Positions 40,497 to 53,300 of a stretch of 64,000 bases of DNA are shown one piece after another. The notes under the pieces were generated by a model. The model searched no databases, was not told the origin of the DNA, and worked only from the letters and a program-made list of their open reading frames with translations. This DNA comes from Lingula anatina. Taxonomy: Eukaryota; Animalia; Brachiopoda. The stretch is from positions 62,040,788 through 62,104,787 of the forward strand of contig CM120640.1 in the NCBI GenBank assembly GCA_051362555.1, in the 5' to 3' direction. Position 1 is the first letter of the stretch. Each line of letters begins with the position of its first letter. The position numbers were made by a program, and so were the translations under genes.

Positions 40497-41607
40497 CCTA
40501 TCAAAATCAAAGAAAAAAGAAATTAAGTAAAAAGAAAAACAAAGGATGTAAAAAAAAAGAAGGTTTTCACTGTTACTCACACTAAAATTATTACTTTGTT
40601 CTTTATAGGATTCATAAACTTAACTGCACTTTAAACATTTTCTGACATTTATCAAGGTCTTTTCGGCTCACATTCATTATACAGATTTAAATAAATCTTT
40701 TTCCGAATGCAAGATAACAAAGACGAGATAATTGAACAAAACCAATGTAAGAGTATGTAGATAAAAAAATTCCATGAAATATTAGGGATGTCTATTCTTT
40801 CCATTATATCACATCTGTTCATCATGCAAGTACTATGTAATTTTTTCACGTTGTTAACGTTGTTACAATACAGTGTCCGTTTTACGACTGGAAGACGAAG
40901 ACTGGTGAGCATAGAAAGCATTAGGTGCTTCTCAACTACCGCAATGATCATTCTTATTGTTGCAGTAGGGTTCTGGCTGCATCGTGAAAGATATCGACGC
41001 CACTACCTTCTCGCCCCCCCCCCCCCCCCCCCCCCCCACCACCACCACCAAAGAAATTAGGCAAATTTCAGTTTTTTCTGCTTAAGCTGAAACCATCGAA
41101 TACATCATTCACTATTAAAGCAGCCCAAGCACCCCGCATACGGTGAGCAATTGGCGCGCGCAAACGGTGTATTTTGGTGAGATTTTTGCCTCTCGCGCAG
41201 CTGAGCAAAATATCTCACGTGTTTGATATTTTTGGCCTCTTGAGGCAAATGGCTCAGCGTGTGCCGATTGCTCAGGTCAAGCCAACAATGTGCATGTGCT
41301 GGGAGCCGGAAACAAAGAAAAATGGCAGCCCCCAGCGAAGTCAACAAAAATGTACACAGTTATAGTTAGTCTGATTGATTAACCTGGTCACCATTTTCCA
41401 TTACTTTCAGGTATCCATTACTCAGGGAGCTGAGGAGCGCGAGCATCGTTCCGAACACCTCCCCCCCTGCTTTCCTTTCAAATAATCCTGGATCAACCCC
41501 TGGTAACGTATGTATCATGTGAATAATTTTTACAAATCGTTTGCAGACAACTTCCCTCTTCTGTCCCATTTCTATTTTATTGTAGCATAATATGCAGTAG
41601 GCCCCTA

Positions 41608-41864
41608 AACTAGAAAAGCACTCTAAGAGCGCAGACCTCCGCCAAGACAGCAATTATTGATTATTATTGATTATTGGTTGATTATTGATCTGGATCACCA
41701 CCAAAAACTAATCACTTCGTTTTTTCTAAGTTAACCCTTCTCTGACCTACCCTGAAAATTTCATCAAAATCGGTCCATAACTTTTCGAGTTATGTTGATG
41801 ACAGACACACAACACAACAAACAGACAAACAGGGGTGAAAACATAACCTCCTTGGCGGAGGTAA
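41608..41864 (-). mobile_element. Short Helentron-associated non-autonomous element (HINE/DINE-like)
   Basis: On the minus strand: 5' ACCTCCGCCAAGGAGGTTATGTTTTC hairpin/subTIR, a GTTT/GTCT microsatellite, the subterminal inverse cttggcggaggt, a 3' hairpin gcgctcttagagtgc, and a CTAG end in T-rich context. Confidence 0.75.
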
Positions 41865-42496
41865 TTATTACTTTGCATCTGCTCTGTCCAGAAAAAAACA
41901 ACAACTTTTCATGTTGCTCAGGTGTAATGTTATATGTGGTGATTAATGCCCTAATTGGAAGTGATATTGCTTACGCTTACACGTAGAAATCACCCCATCA
42001 ATGAGGTGATCATCATGGTAAATATTTATGTCACGAGGTCTTTACTACCCGCGGTAAAGATAAATAGGTCAATTTGACATCACGCAACCTGATTGGATAA
42101 ACCGTGAGAGCAATGCTTTTGATTGGCTAAGGTGAAGAGCCATTTATTCACAGCCTCCATGCCTGAAGGTAATACACACACGCCGTGTCATCATTTCTAG
42201 TAAATGAACGTATACTGAAGATTAAAAGTTGAACACCGTAAGTTTTTCCCACTGTGCATGTGTTGTGTACGAAAAGATTTTGAAGGTTATAACTTAACTT
42301 TTGGTGTGAATTCTTACATCATGGGAGCACGGCTCTCTGTGTGCTGCAGCGTGGCTCATTCATTTATTTTCGACTGGCTGTAGTGTAGATCGAAGATGCG
42401 CCTTATGCACACTGTTTCCAGTATGTTTTGGTGCCTAATGGTAAAACTGATTGAAATAAGCAAGTTTGGCCTATAGTGAAAATTTGGAAAAATACA

Positions 42497-43616
42497 CAGG
42501 GGCGTAACTAGACCTTTTAAAATTGTACGCACAGATTTTGAAAATTCCCAGGATTATATTCCGTGAAAAATACACTGAATTTATGCAGGCCTTCCCAACT
42601 ACCAGACTCGGCACCTACGGGTCCAGAATAAACCGGTATATCTGACCACACTACCCGTTTTCAAGGTGTGTGTCAGATCGCATAAAAGAGTATCATACCC
42701 TATCACAAATTCTGTAAGCCTACCTGTCATCCGGGTATCGCGCCTCGTTTTCGTCAAGTAGGAGTCGTATGAATACAACAGACGACTCCCTCAATCAGGG
42801 GGTGGAAACGCGCGACTTATATGATTAAGACGAGCCTAGCCGTCAGTACCGGTTATTGTTTTGTGACCTTGAGGAGCAATTAGGTTTGGTCGTTGCGGCA
42901 CGCATGAACAGTAGTTGAACTACCACACCTGGGTCTTTTGTTTTTGACAACTGTTCACTCGTCATCGAGGCGCTTGTTCAAGACTACAGGCTGATATCTA
43001 CTAGTAGGCCTACTACCACAATACTTAAGTTTTCTGTCCGTGCGTACAAACCCTGAAAAAGGACAGCCTCGCTGACGAGAACAATGGACGTTTCTCACCC
43101 CTCTCTAGGATTACCCCTGCCCTCAATCTCGTCCATCCCGGTAGTCATGAAAATATTTAACCCCCGACAGAATATGCTTCCGCTATCAAAATTAGGTCTA
43201 CTTTTCTAAATTAATATATAAGTTTGCAAGTTCTTATTTACAAAACATAATTGGCTATGTCCGAACCTAAATTTTATGTTAAAAATTGCGGTAGGGGCCT
43301 ACTGTCAGATTTTAGCATAAACAGAGAAAATTGCAGCAGCGCATGAATCTAGAAGAGATGCACTACTTTCCAACCCCGCTTAGGATCATTGCTATCACAT
43401 CGCGCACCAGGCAAAATCGGTGTGGTTGCTGATACTCTGTAATGCGATCTGACACACACCTTGAAAACGGGTAGTGTGGTCTGATAAACCGGTTTATACT
43501 GGACCCGTAGGTGCCGAGTCTGGTAGTTGGGAAGGCCTGTTATGGAGAATAATATCATGGTTGGCTCAAAAATTGTACGCACAGTGCATCCGTGCGTATG
43601 CCTGGTTACGCCCCTG
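42497..43616. mobile_element. hAT-like MITE (CAGGGGCGTAAC...GTTACGCCCCTG) with 5-bp TSD, carrying a nested element
   Basis: 12-bp TIR; ATACA duplicated at 42492-42496 and 43617-43621. Confidence 0.8.
42586..43539. mobile_element. Nested non-autonomous TIR element (~954 bp) with ~110-bp TIRs and 5-bp TSD
   Basis: caggccttcccaactaccagactcggcacctacgggtccag... with its inverse at ~43431-43539; TTATG duplicated at 42581-42585 and 43540-43544. Confidence 0.9.
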
Positions 43617-44412
43617 ATACATGAGGTACAGGAACATCTCTTTAGTAAATCACACATGCAGAATGCCAGGCAGTCCCTTCCAGCTCACCTGTGCAGTGGC
43701 ACGGGCACTGGTAGTACAGTGGTACTGATAGGTGTAGCACGTACAGAAGGAGTGGTGTGTGTGTGTGTGTGTACGTGTGGTGGTGGCACTGGTGGTGGGG
43801 TAATCGAACGGATCAAAACATTGTGTCTATTCGGAGAGCCTAGAGAAAAGCTGAATAGGTAGATTATCTAACATACTGTTGAGTTTTTCAAAAACCTTAA
43901 TTGGTTAATGATTACATAAATCACACAAAATGACTATAGTCTACCACACTAGTTTATCATAATGCAAAAATATTTTAATGATGTAGAATTTTCAATAAAT
44001 CTTATGAATTTGCCACGTATACACAATATCCTTTATTCAGTTATCAGCCATAGGGTGACAGCCAAGTATATGTGTGTACTAGTAGGTCAGTGGTATGTGT
44101 TGGTAGTATTACTTTTCACATAACCTGGCTTACCTACTGTAGGTCTTTAAATAACAGAAATTTGGAGATGAAATCTCGTCACAATAGATATATGTCAACG
44201 CACGGTATGCTTTACCGCCCAGTTCTCAAAGGGGAAATCCGAGATAGTCTTGAAACGAGGATGACGACGGTGTGTGATGTCACGCGTGAATAGAAAAGAC
44301 TGGATGAAATGCAGCTCAAGTCCAGAAAAATGTCGCCATTTTTTACGAAAATTTGCGAGACTTTCTGCCACAATGATACAAGCAGATAATGTAAAAGCTT
44401 TAATATTCTTAC

Positions 44413-45133
44413 CCTTCAATCCATAATGTGGAAGCAGAACAAAATGATCGTACCCATCTAATCTATGCATACGTTCAGGAGCAAGGGCTGCTATATGACT
44501 AGAGTTGAAATACTTAAAGAAGTTCCAGAGATCAACAAAAGGTCGCAAAAATAAGATATCTGTGTCCACATACAGCACGGAATCAACATCCTCCAAGAGA
44601 GTCTGCAAAGAGAGAAATTGGATCCAGTTGCCGTCTGCAGGTTTAAAAATTGTTTTCAAAAATACTCATCAGAATCAAATACTTAAGAATTCCTTTAAAA
44701 CTGACCCAGACCACAACTCCACTCCCTGCTTCCAAACATGAAACTAGTGGTGGGAAACAACTGCCTCTACTGCTTGGGGTTTTATCTGTTCATGAACCTC
44801 AATACTTATAAATTCATTTTTGTTATATCACCATTTAAATCGCCATTCAAGATTAAAATCTAATTTTCAAACGAATATAACAAATTCCAAGTAATGGAAT
44901 TTATCTATCTCTTAAAGTTAAGTGAAAGAGTGTATTAGAACAGACTGGATAAATGTATTGCAACCGACACATTTGGTGATTTGCCAGCTTACCGGTAAAA
45001 ATAATCTTTGAGTGACACATGGTTTATTTGCTTTTAAACTCTTCCATTCTTCAAAACTGTTTTCCTCAGGGTATGTAATAGGATAAAGCTGGTAGGTAAA
45101 TGTGTCCTGTAAAGCAGCTGTCCATTTGTCCAA
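44413..45133 (-). pseudogene. GXYLT1: Glucoside xylosyltransferase (GXYLT/shams, GT8)-like partial gene; two conserved exons only, possibly a truncated paralog or pseudogene
   Basis: Exon 45133-44993 (LDKWTAALQDTFTYQLYPITYPEENSFEEWKSLKANKPCVTQRLFLP) and exon 44602-44413 (TLLEDVDSVLYVDTDILFLRPFVDLWNFFKYFNSSHIAALAPE...HYGLKG) are GT-AG and in phase, with the DxD motif intact. A possible type-II TM exon lies at ~45864-45670 (GFYIIIIIVLGLCVIIFID). The expected flanking conserved exons were not found. Confidence 0.75.
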
Positions 45134-48100
45134 CTGTCCAAGAAATAAAAATTCCGAACAATTGTTTACAGTTTATAAACTATTTTTAAAAATAATGGAA
45201 TATTCCAACAGAATATTGTTTCTGCGATTTCAATAATTAAGTTCAAACTAAGACAAAATGTATTATTCAAAGAGCTCATTTGTGTTCTTTTATAATTCCT
45301 TGCTCTACCTTCAAGCAACAGTATATTAGAGAATTTTTTCGTTTGGGTTCCTTCTGGTGATCAATGATATTAATTTGGCAAATTATTGGCATTTTAACGG
45401 GAAAAGTTAATGCCATGTTTAAGGAAGCATGGATAAGAGAAAAAAGAAGAGTCATCCGAAGGCAATAAAGTGCCATTAAGAATAAAAAAAAAACAATTAA
45501 CATCTAGCGTAGCTGCCAAGGACGGCATCTCATGACAATCGTCATTTTTCACCTTTGGGCGGAAGACAACAGCAGCAGCAAAGTGTTTAGACCAGAGTTA
45601 TTTCTTTTTCGTTATTGCGAGGATTCCATTTGTTTGCAGACCAGTATTCATTCCTGATGGTGCCAGAGTAAGTTACATTTGGTCTGCCTCTGTTAGCTTT
45701 TCCTCTAGAACTTTTCCGCCAGAACTTGCACAAAGACGTCGGCAGCTACGCTTTCTCTGAGGAACACTAGACTGGTTCGTTTCTTGACAATTTACATGCA
45801 CATTGTCTATGAAAATTATTACACATAAACCCAAAACTATAATGATTATGATATAAAACCCTTCTGAAAAAAAGAATAGATAAACTAAATAAATAAATAA
45901 AAATAGTAATACAAAAAAACTGGTTGTTTTTACTAATAGTGATACTATGGTTTCAAACTATGTTTTTTGTTGAATTGTGATTTTAATGCTTAAATTGAAA
46001 TGTCATATTCCTTATTAAAACAGTGAATGTGTCTTTTGTTTGTTTAACAAATGTCATGCTTTGCCTGAAAACTTTATTATTTATCTGTCAAACTTCTTAA
46101 GTAGTAACTTCACCTTTGAGACTGTTTTTAAAACTCAATTTTCTCCCAGGGCAGTGAAATTAACAAGGTACATGTATTGTGTTGCAATCCAAACTGCAAA
46201 GCATTCAAGGAATACAAAGGAGGGGGATGTCACATCAAAACTTTTATAAAATAGCATACAGAGTGTCTTGATATACACCATGCATTTTTACAGCACATGT
46301 TCCAAATGACAGCCATAGTACTGATGACATGCTTGAATTTGACAAGTGAAGTTGTCAATCACCTTGACACACTCTTCTTTCGATATGGTACATTCTGTAT
46401 AAAATGCATCCTTTGAGCCAGAGACATCAAATTAACATCTTTTTAATTGTTACCATATTAATTTCCAGGACATGTAATCTTGTCTCAGTTTCTTCTCTCA
46501 GTTATAATTTTTTATCATATTAATGGGTCCCATATATATTGAGACACTGAGTTTGTAACATATAAACTCAAGCAAATCCAAATGCAAAGAAAATGACATT
46601 TAAAAAATCTGTATCATGCAGCTTTTCATGGTGTAAGGGCAGTGAAAAGAAAAAAGTGTTTGAATGAATTGTTTGTACAATATGAGGTGAATTTGACATG
46701 ATATGAAAGAGAACATATAAAAATGTGAGCAACATTGTTTCATGGGGGAAATTCCCACTGAAGATTTGCCAATTTATCATTGAATTTTTTAAAGGTAATA
46801 ATTAGACTAGTTCTGCAATGGGAAAAAATTTACTACTTAGGTCCTTTTTTTACTTTCAGTGATTAGGTATGAATAAATTTTTGAATTGACTAGCTTATCA
46901 GTCTTGGTTATTTACTTGCTCCAGCCTTGACTTGGGGACAGCAGACTGTGTTTGCTTTGTCTGCCATTGAAAGTTAGTCCTTGAATAGAGTCCAAGGAAC
47001 ATGTGGAAAGCATGCACTGAAAGTCTGCGACACAGTTTTGAATGGAAGTTGTATTTCCTTTTTTTCTTTGGGGGAGGGGGGGGGTATAAGGTATGGATAT
47101 TTGTTAAATAAAGCCTGATGGTCCTTTTCTTTTAAAAACCAGGCTATTGGAGATGTGTATCCAGGCAACTTTCTTAATTATAACATCTGATGCTCATTGA
47201 AATTTTTTAACTAAACATGATATTTTTATATGCTAAAAAGCATCAGTTCAGAATTCCAACAATATACAATGATATCAGACATTCTCTTATACTACATGGG
47301 TATTTGTTTACCTAAATTGTGTACCTTCCAATCTGTTATAATATCTACTCGCCATAGGTGAAACATAGGTGAGTGCATTAGTAGTGCATGTGATACCCAC
47401 GTCCCTTTCTATCAACCAAAGTATCAAAAATTATTAGGTTAAAAAATTTAGCCTGATTGGATATTTTTAGACATAAGGCAGAAGTAAACACTGTCACATG
47501 AACACTTTTTTTTTTCAAAATTTTCTACTTTTTAAGAAGACCTGTCAGAATTTTTATGATGAATAGATATTCATGTTTATGCAATTATCTTGACTCTTTA
47601 GGACTTAAATGGAAGTAAGATTAAAATCAATGTTTTTTTCATTTGAACATACCAACCATAACCATGTTAATATCCTTTATGTATTGGACCTTTGTCATTA
47701 ATATGGATGGATTCATTTTTATACAAGGCAGTAGGGCAAAGCTAAAGTGTTAGTGAATGCTTAAGTTTTTAAAAGTGAGTTCCATATGGTTTGAATAAAA
47801 TAAGATGTAACACATTTCTTGGATAACTGGTATGTTATTTAAAAGATAAAATAAAGCAGATTCATCTTTTATTTTTCAAGTATGAAGTCAATCCAGATTT
47901 CAAGGGAATGTTTGAGAAGACTGAAACTGAAAGTTTTTGTCCCCCTCCCTCCCCATCCCCGCCCTCAGTATATGTCATGATATGTCTCCATGTTATCAAG
48001 CTTCCATCTACATGTTACCTTGTTTGTAGAACTCAATCAAAGTGTCCTTAAGACACACCTCCCTCCTCAACTGGACTTTGGTTTTGTGTAAGATCAGGCA

Positions 48101-49071
48101 ACCAGGGGCAAAGTTCATGCATATATGTTAAATCCTCAGTTTGATTCACTGTATGAATGTTGATTCATCAGCATTAAGTGAGCATAGCTCCCTGTAACCG
48201 GAGAAAGCTTTCCAGGTCCGTGAGTATTCACTTTTGATTTGATGTAGTTAAAATTTTTGGGTAGTTTTCTTAAAAGGTCACAACTTGGGAAATTTCATGA
48301 CAGTAGTTACATTTGCAGGTAAATTGATCATATATTCTTGAAACGACCAAATTGACACAACTTCATATGTTTTGGGGGGACTTTTTAGAATACTTCCTCT
48401 CCCCCTTTATAATGGCTGCATGAATTGATAACCAGAGTTCATACGTAGAGAAGGTACAACTTTTTGACTATTTTGCTTAGAATCTAGTTTAAAGGTTGAA
48501 CTGATATCCTTTGCCTTTGTCAGTCACGATTTACTTTTATGTCAACATTTCTTAAAGCAAAGAAATTATGCATGTTTGCTGACACAGCATCAGAAGTCAA
48601 AATCCCCTTTACAGGTGAGGTTATTACTGAGCCCATCTTTGGTTTAGCATAGGTATGTGGTCAAGATAAACACAGGTCCAATTCTAAAGGTTTTTCACCT
48701 GGATGCACACCTGGCATTTAAGGTTTGTAGTCTTGTAAGATGAAGAACTGGGTTGATATATCATTGAATTTATGTGCACTGATTGCTAGGTACATGGTGA
48801 CAAAATATCAAAATGTGGATGCTGGTTCATACAGAGCTCTTATTCAGTTCCTTTTATAACTACCTTGAAGCCATTATCAATATATGGGCCCTAGTAATAA
48901 CTACCTAGTTAGTGCATTAATTGTCTGTATATCTCTCTGTTGACCAGGAGATATGTGGTAGTAAGTGTCTCTGTCTGTACACACTGTGACAGTTATCTTG
49001 TTAAAACAACATAGTGTAGACATGACGAGAGGTTGGTAAAATTAGGGTCAGTAATGAGTGTGATGACTCAT

Positions 49072-49345
49072 TTGGCTGTCCCAGTCTTGCCACACCCCTA
49101 AGCCTGCTAAGCTGTCCCAATCAGGCCACACCCTTGGGCTCTCCCAGTGTTGCCAAACTCTGAAAATGCCCTACTGCTGTCACACCCTTAGGCTGTCCCA
49201 ATGATGCAACATCCCTGGGCTGTCCCAGTGATGCCACACACCTGGGTTGTCCCAGTGTTGTCACATCCTTTAGCTGTCCCAGTGTGCCCCATCCCTAAGC
49301 TGTCCCAGTGTTGCCACACCCCTGGGCTGTCCAAATGTTGCCATT
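49072..49345 (+). repeat. Degenerate ~29-33-bp minisatellite (ggctgtcccagtgttgccacaccc...)
   Basis: gctgtccca core repeated about 9 times; it explains the spurious ORFs at 49188-49413. Confidence 0.85.
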
Positions 49346-50305
49346 CTGAATTGACTGTCAAGCATGACACTTGTCATTTGGTGATACTTGTCATTCAATG
49401 GCATCACAGATGAAGATTATAACGTATAAATTAATGTTTGAGTGTGTTTATTGGGGAAAGTGGAGGACTGCAGATAGTAAATGTGCCCGCATTGATCTAC
49501 AAGTATACATGTAGAAGCTGTATATTGCACATGTATACGTGCAGTGTGGGATAAGGTTTATGTATGTTGTACAAGTATTTGTGTATATCTTCAAGTAATA
49601 ATGAGGAGACGTGTGTGTGTTCTGCAGTGCAGGTGTGATTAATTGTATTGTATGTAATGAATATTTGAAATGAATATATAGCATGAGGCATATGTTAGAA
49701 TCTTATTTCTGCATATTTAAATAATATGTGTTTTGCATTTTGATTGAATATGCACAAGCAGCTGTCCAAAGGTGATAGCACATATGTTTAAAGGCAACTT
49801 TATTGAAACAAAACTTTTTTTAGTGATAAAAAGTACATAAGAAATGGGTGAAGCAAGTTAAACTGATGCCAGAAGCTTTTGTCTTGAATCCCTATGTACA
49901 TATTATATCATATGCTTCAAGTTATGGAATGAAACTCTTGATTGATCTGATATGCACTGGGTCATAAAACTATTGATTTATCTGAAATGTGTTGAACATG
50001 TTAGTGATTTAAAAGCTCACACAAGAGACAGTGCATCATTAAGACTGTACCACATAAAGATCGCTGTCTCCTCATTATTACTTGAAGATATTAATTAACA
50101 AATCTTATTGTAAGTGCACTCTGTTTGACGTCAATGTTCTGGTGTCCAACAAGACCATCAGTTCAAGACACTATTTGTCTAGTTTTATTTATCTGGTCTT
50201 CATATATTTCATTATTATTTTTTTTCCAACAGATAAAGAAGATCTATATGTAAATGTTACACAGCTAGATTCAATAGAGACAGAAAGAAACAAAGGTCCA
50301 AGAAG

Positions 50306-53300
50306 ATGTCTACTGAGGCTGAGAAGCCATATGATCCTAATGACACAGTCCAAAGTATGAATTCAGTTGGAGAAGGGGATACGTCAATTTCATCGGAAAA
50401 AGTAATAAGTCCCACAAAGAGGTATGATATGTATATGTCAGTGTTTTCACCAGTTTTGTTTTGGAATAAGTTTAAAGATCATGTCTTCCTCTAAAATTCT
50501 TTGAATTTTAACATATGCATGAATATTTATTTAGTGTTATTCAGTTGTTATATTTACTTTCTATAGTTTAAAAAATCATATAACCAATTCATTTCAAAGT
50601 ATTCTCTGGTTAAACAATTAATGATTCTTCGTGTGTTGGTCAAAGCTAATGTCTCCATAAATAATATACCTATTATTTTTTCCACAATCTTCAGGGCTGT
50701 TCAGTAATATCATTCATTTTTTTTCAACAGGCCAAACAGTCTCAGTTAATGTGTATAAAATGCATATAAATCCTTAATGGGCATGAGTTTTATTAAGGGA
50801 CAAAGTTACTCTCTCTACTCCTTTTCTAGTTTCTTAATGAACTTCATTTCCTTGGACACAAAGTAAACAAAATATATCCACATACTTTACCCCCAGTTTG
50901 TTATAGACCTAAGTCAAAACTAGTGCTGGACTTTTGGGCTTACCCAGGCTTACCCATCCTATTTCAATCTCCATTTTTTATCTAAAGCTGAGGTTTCTAT
51001 ACATATTATGATGGTAATTTGTTCAGAACATCATGCAGAACATGCATGGTCATATTAAAGTCATTGTGGGGGTGAACCTTGGAGTGAGGAATGAATACTT
51101 TTTGATCTTGACATGCATTAAAAGCAGGGTCAATTTAAACTGAAAATAGTCTAAATGATGTCACCAAGTGCCTAGTCCTCTACAGGGGATTCATTTGGCA
51201 TCCCATATGATAACATTCTATAACATTAAATATTATGTTAAGGACTCTGGTTGTCATGCCAAGTCAGTAACACCAAATCCAGTTTGTGGAAGATTTTGAA
51301 TTAATAAGTTGTTTTATCCAAGTCTTTAGGTATAGTTCATATTAATTGTCCAGTCAGTGTCGCATAGGGGCAACTATTGACCACACTGAATTAGTAACTT
51401 TCATTGGATTTCATTGCATTTGACCTCACCCATGGTTACATACAATTTGAGCTCACCTAAACATGCAATCAGTCTTAGACCCCATTCCCATAGATTTTAG
51501 ATCGATCTGTGGGGAGTCTCACAAGATTACTGTCAGCTTAGCCGGCTTAAGTGTCTGTCCCGCCTACTTAAAGCTGTAAGGGGGTAATTAACTATGGTGC
51601 GCGCTCGGCTGACTGCAATTTAGCGTAAACCCCCAGGGAGTTAGGTCAATCTAAATCTAAATCTCTGGATCGATATAAATCTCTGGGAATGCACCCTTAT
51701 ATTCCACATATGCCGCACTGGGTAATAACATTGTAATTTTAGCTTTCAGATATAATATAAATATATGGATCTATTCAGCACATGTATCCTTACCTTAATG
51801 ATCAGTGAAGTAGATGAGATATTATTTCATGAAAATGATTAAATTGCTACAGCAATTAAAAAAAAAAAAAGAAAACTGACTCCTTGAAAGGAGTGACAAG
51901 AAATTGGGATGTATGGTTCATTTTTGTTTTGGGCAAAGCGTATGATATTCTGCTGATCTGTGTAACCTGCTGGTAGAATTTAAGTTGCCTGTCAGTGAAA
52001 TTTTAATGCAAACATGAAACATGTAACACAGTTTCCAGTGCACTGTGCACTTGTTTGATGTACTAGTTTTTGATAAGGTAAGGCAGGTTATTGGGGTCAA
52101 TGATAAGCACCAGTTAGGGCAAAAAAGATCCATCAGTGGATCTACCCATATGCTGTAAGATGTAATGCTTGAAAGAATATTATAATGACTAATTTTTTAC
52201 AGAAAGTCAAATGATTTAGATCACTTATCTCTGATTCTTCAATTTAAATGCATTGAAATCCATTTTGATAATTATTTAGCTAAATAGGCTACAGTATAGT
52301 AGATTATTAAGCTAGCATTCTTTTGTGCACATGTAAAAGAAAATTCACTCTGACCAAAGAGAAAAAAAATGGGCTCAAGATAACTTTAATATTTTATGAT
52401 TTCCACCAATTTCAAATAGATTCACTGAAAAATAAAGCACAGGCTAACTTTAATGCTACAGTCAGCAGGGTTATCAGGGGACATCTATCTGCTAGTGTTT
52501 GACTAAGGTGTATATTACGGCCTCTGACCACACGAGGTCCAAGTTGCCTGGCAGCAGAGACGTCCATATTGGGCAAGAGCTCACCTTGCTAGGACCACTT
52601 CTTGAACTGGTGGGGCATATTTTTACAAAGAGTTCAGATTCTGGCAACTAGAGCTTAAGGTTAAACTTTTGATTAGTACATGTAGTTGTGGGGGATTTTA
52701 AAAGAGGGGAGGGAGGGAAAGTATTAAGCTGTTTACTATAAAGAGTTACACTTTTTTGGTGTGCAAGGAGTCCAAGCAGTGATACTAGCAGTAGATGGCT
52801 GTAAATTTTACTCCACGTCATATTTGAGTTAGTGTTTACGTGTCTCATAAACTTTGGTCTTTAAGTGTAGGTTGAGCACAGGCGATTAAGCAGCCTGAAC
52901 CTCTTGTTTTCTCATGTTTTTTCAGTGTATGTGTACTTAACTATAATCCCTGTCTACAGATAAAGTAGTGTCTGACATCTGTGCCATGGTACACTAGCAT
53001 GTGTGCCAAAATGTATGCCTGTGCCAATGACATATGACAAGGTTATATAAGGGAAAATTGGGGGGGGGGGGGAACCCTTCAGTTTATAATTAATCAGTAC
53101 CACCAGCGTGTACGCTGGCGGTACTCATGGTTTTAGTCTCGGCCCGTCTCGTACAGCTCCGTAAGCTCCGCCGGCTCCATTGGCTCCGCAGGGTGTTGTG
53201 GGATACAAGTCACCGTTACCGCTTCTCCTCCTAGACCGCAAGGACCTGTGTCCCCATCTCTTGGATTTAGGTCACGTATAATCTCAACTTGAACCCCCTG

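Noticed and set aside
43349-43657. 102-aa ORF within the TIR element as a possible transposase
   Set aside because: It runs through the TIR itself and has no DDE or zinc-finger motifs.
49188-49413. Repetitive ORFs on both strands
   Set aside because: Translations of a degenerate minisatellite.
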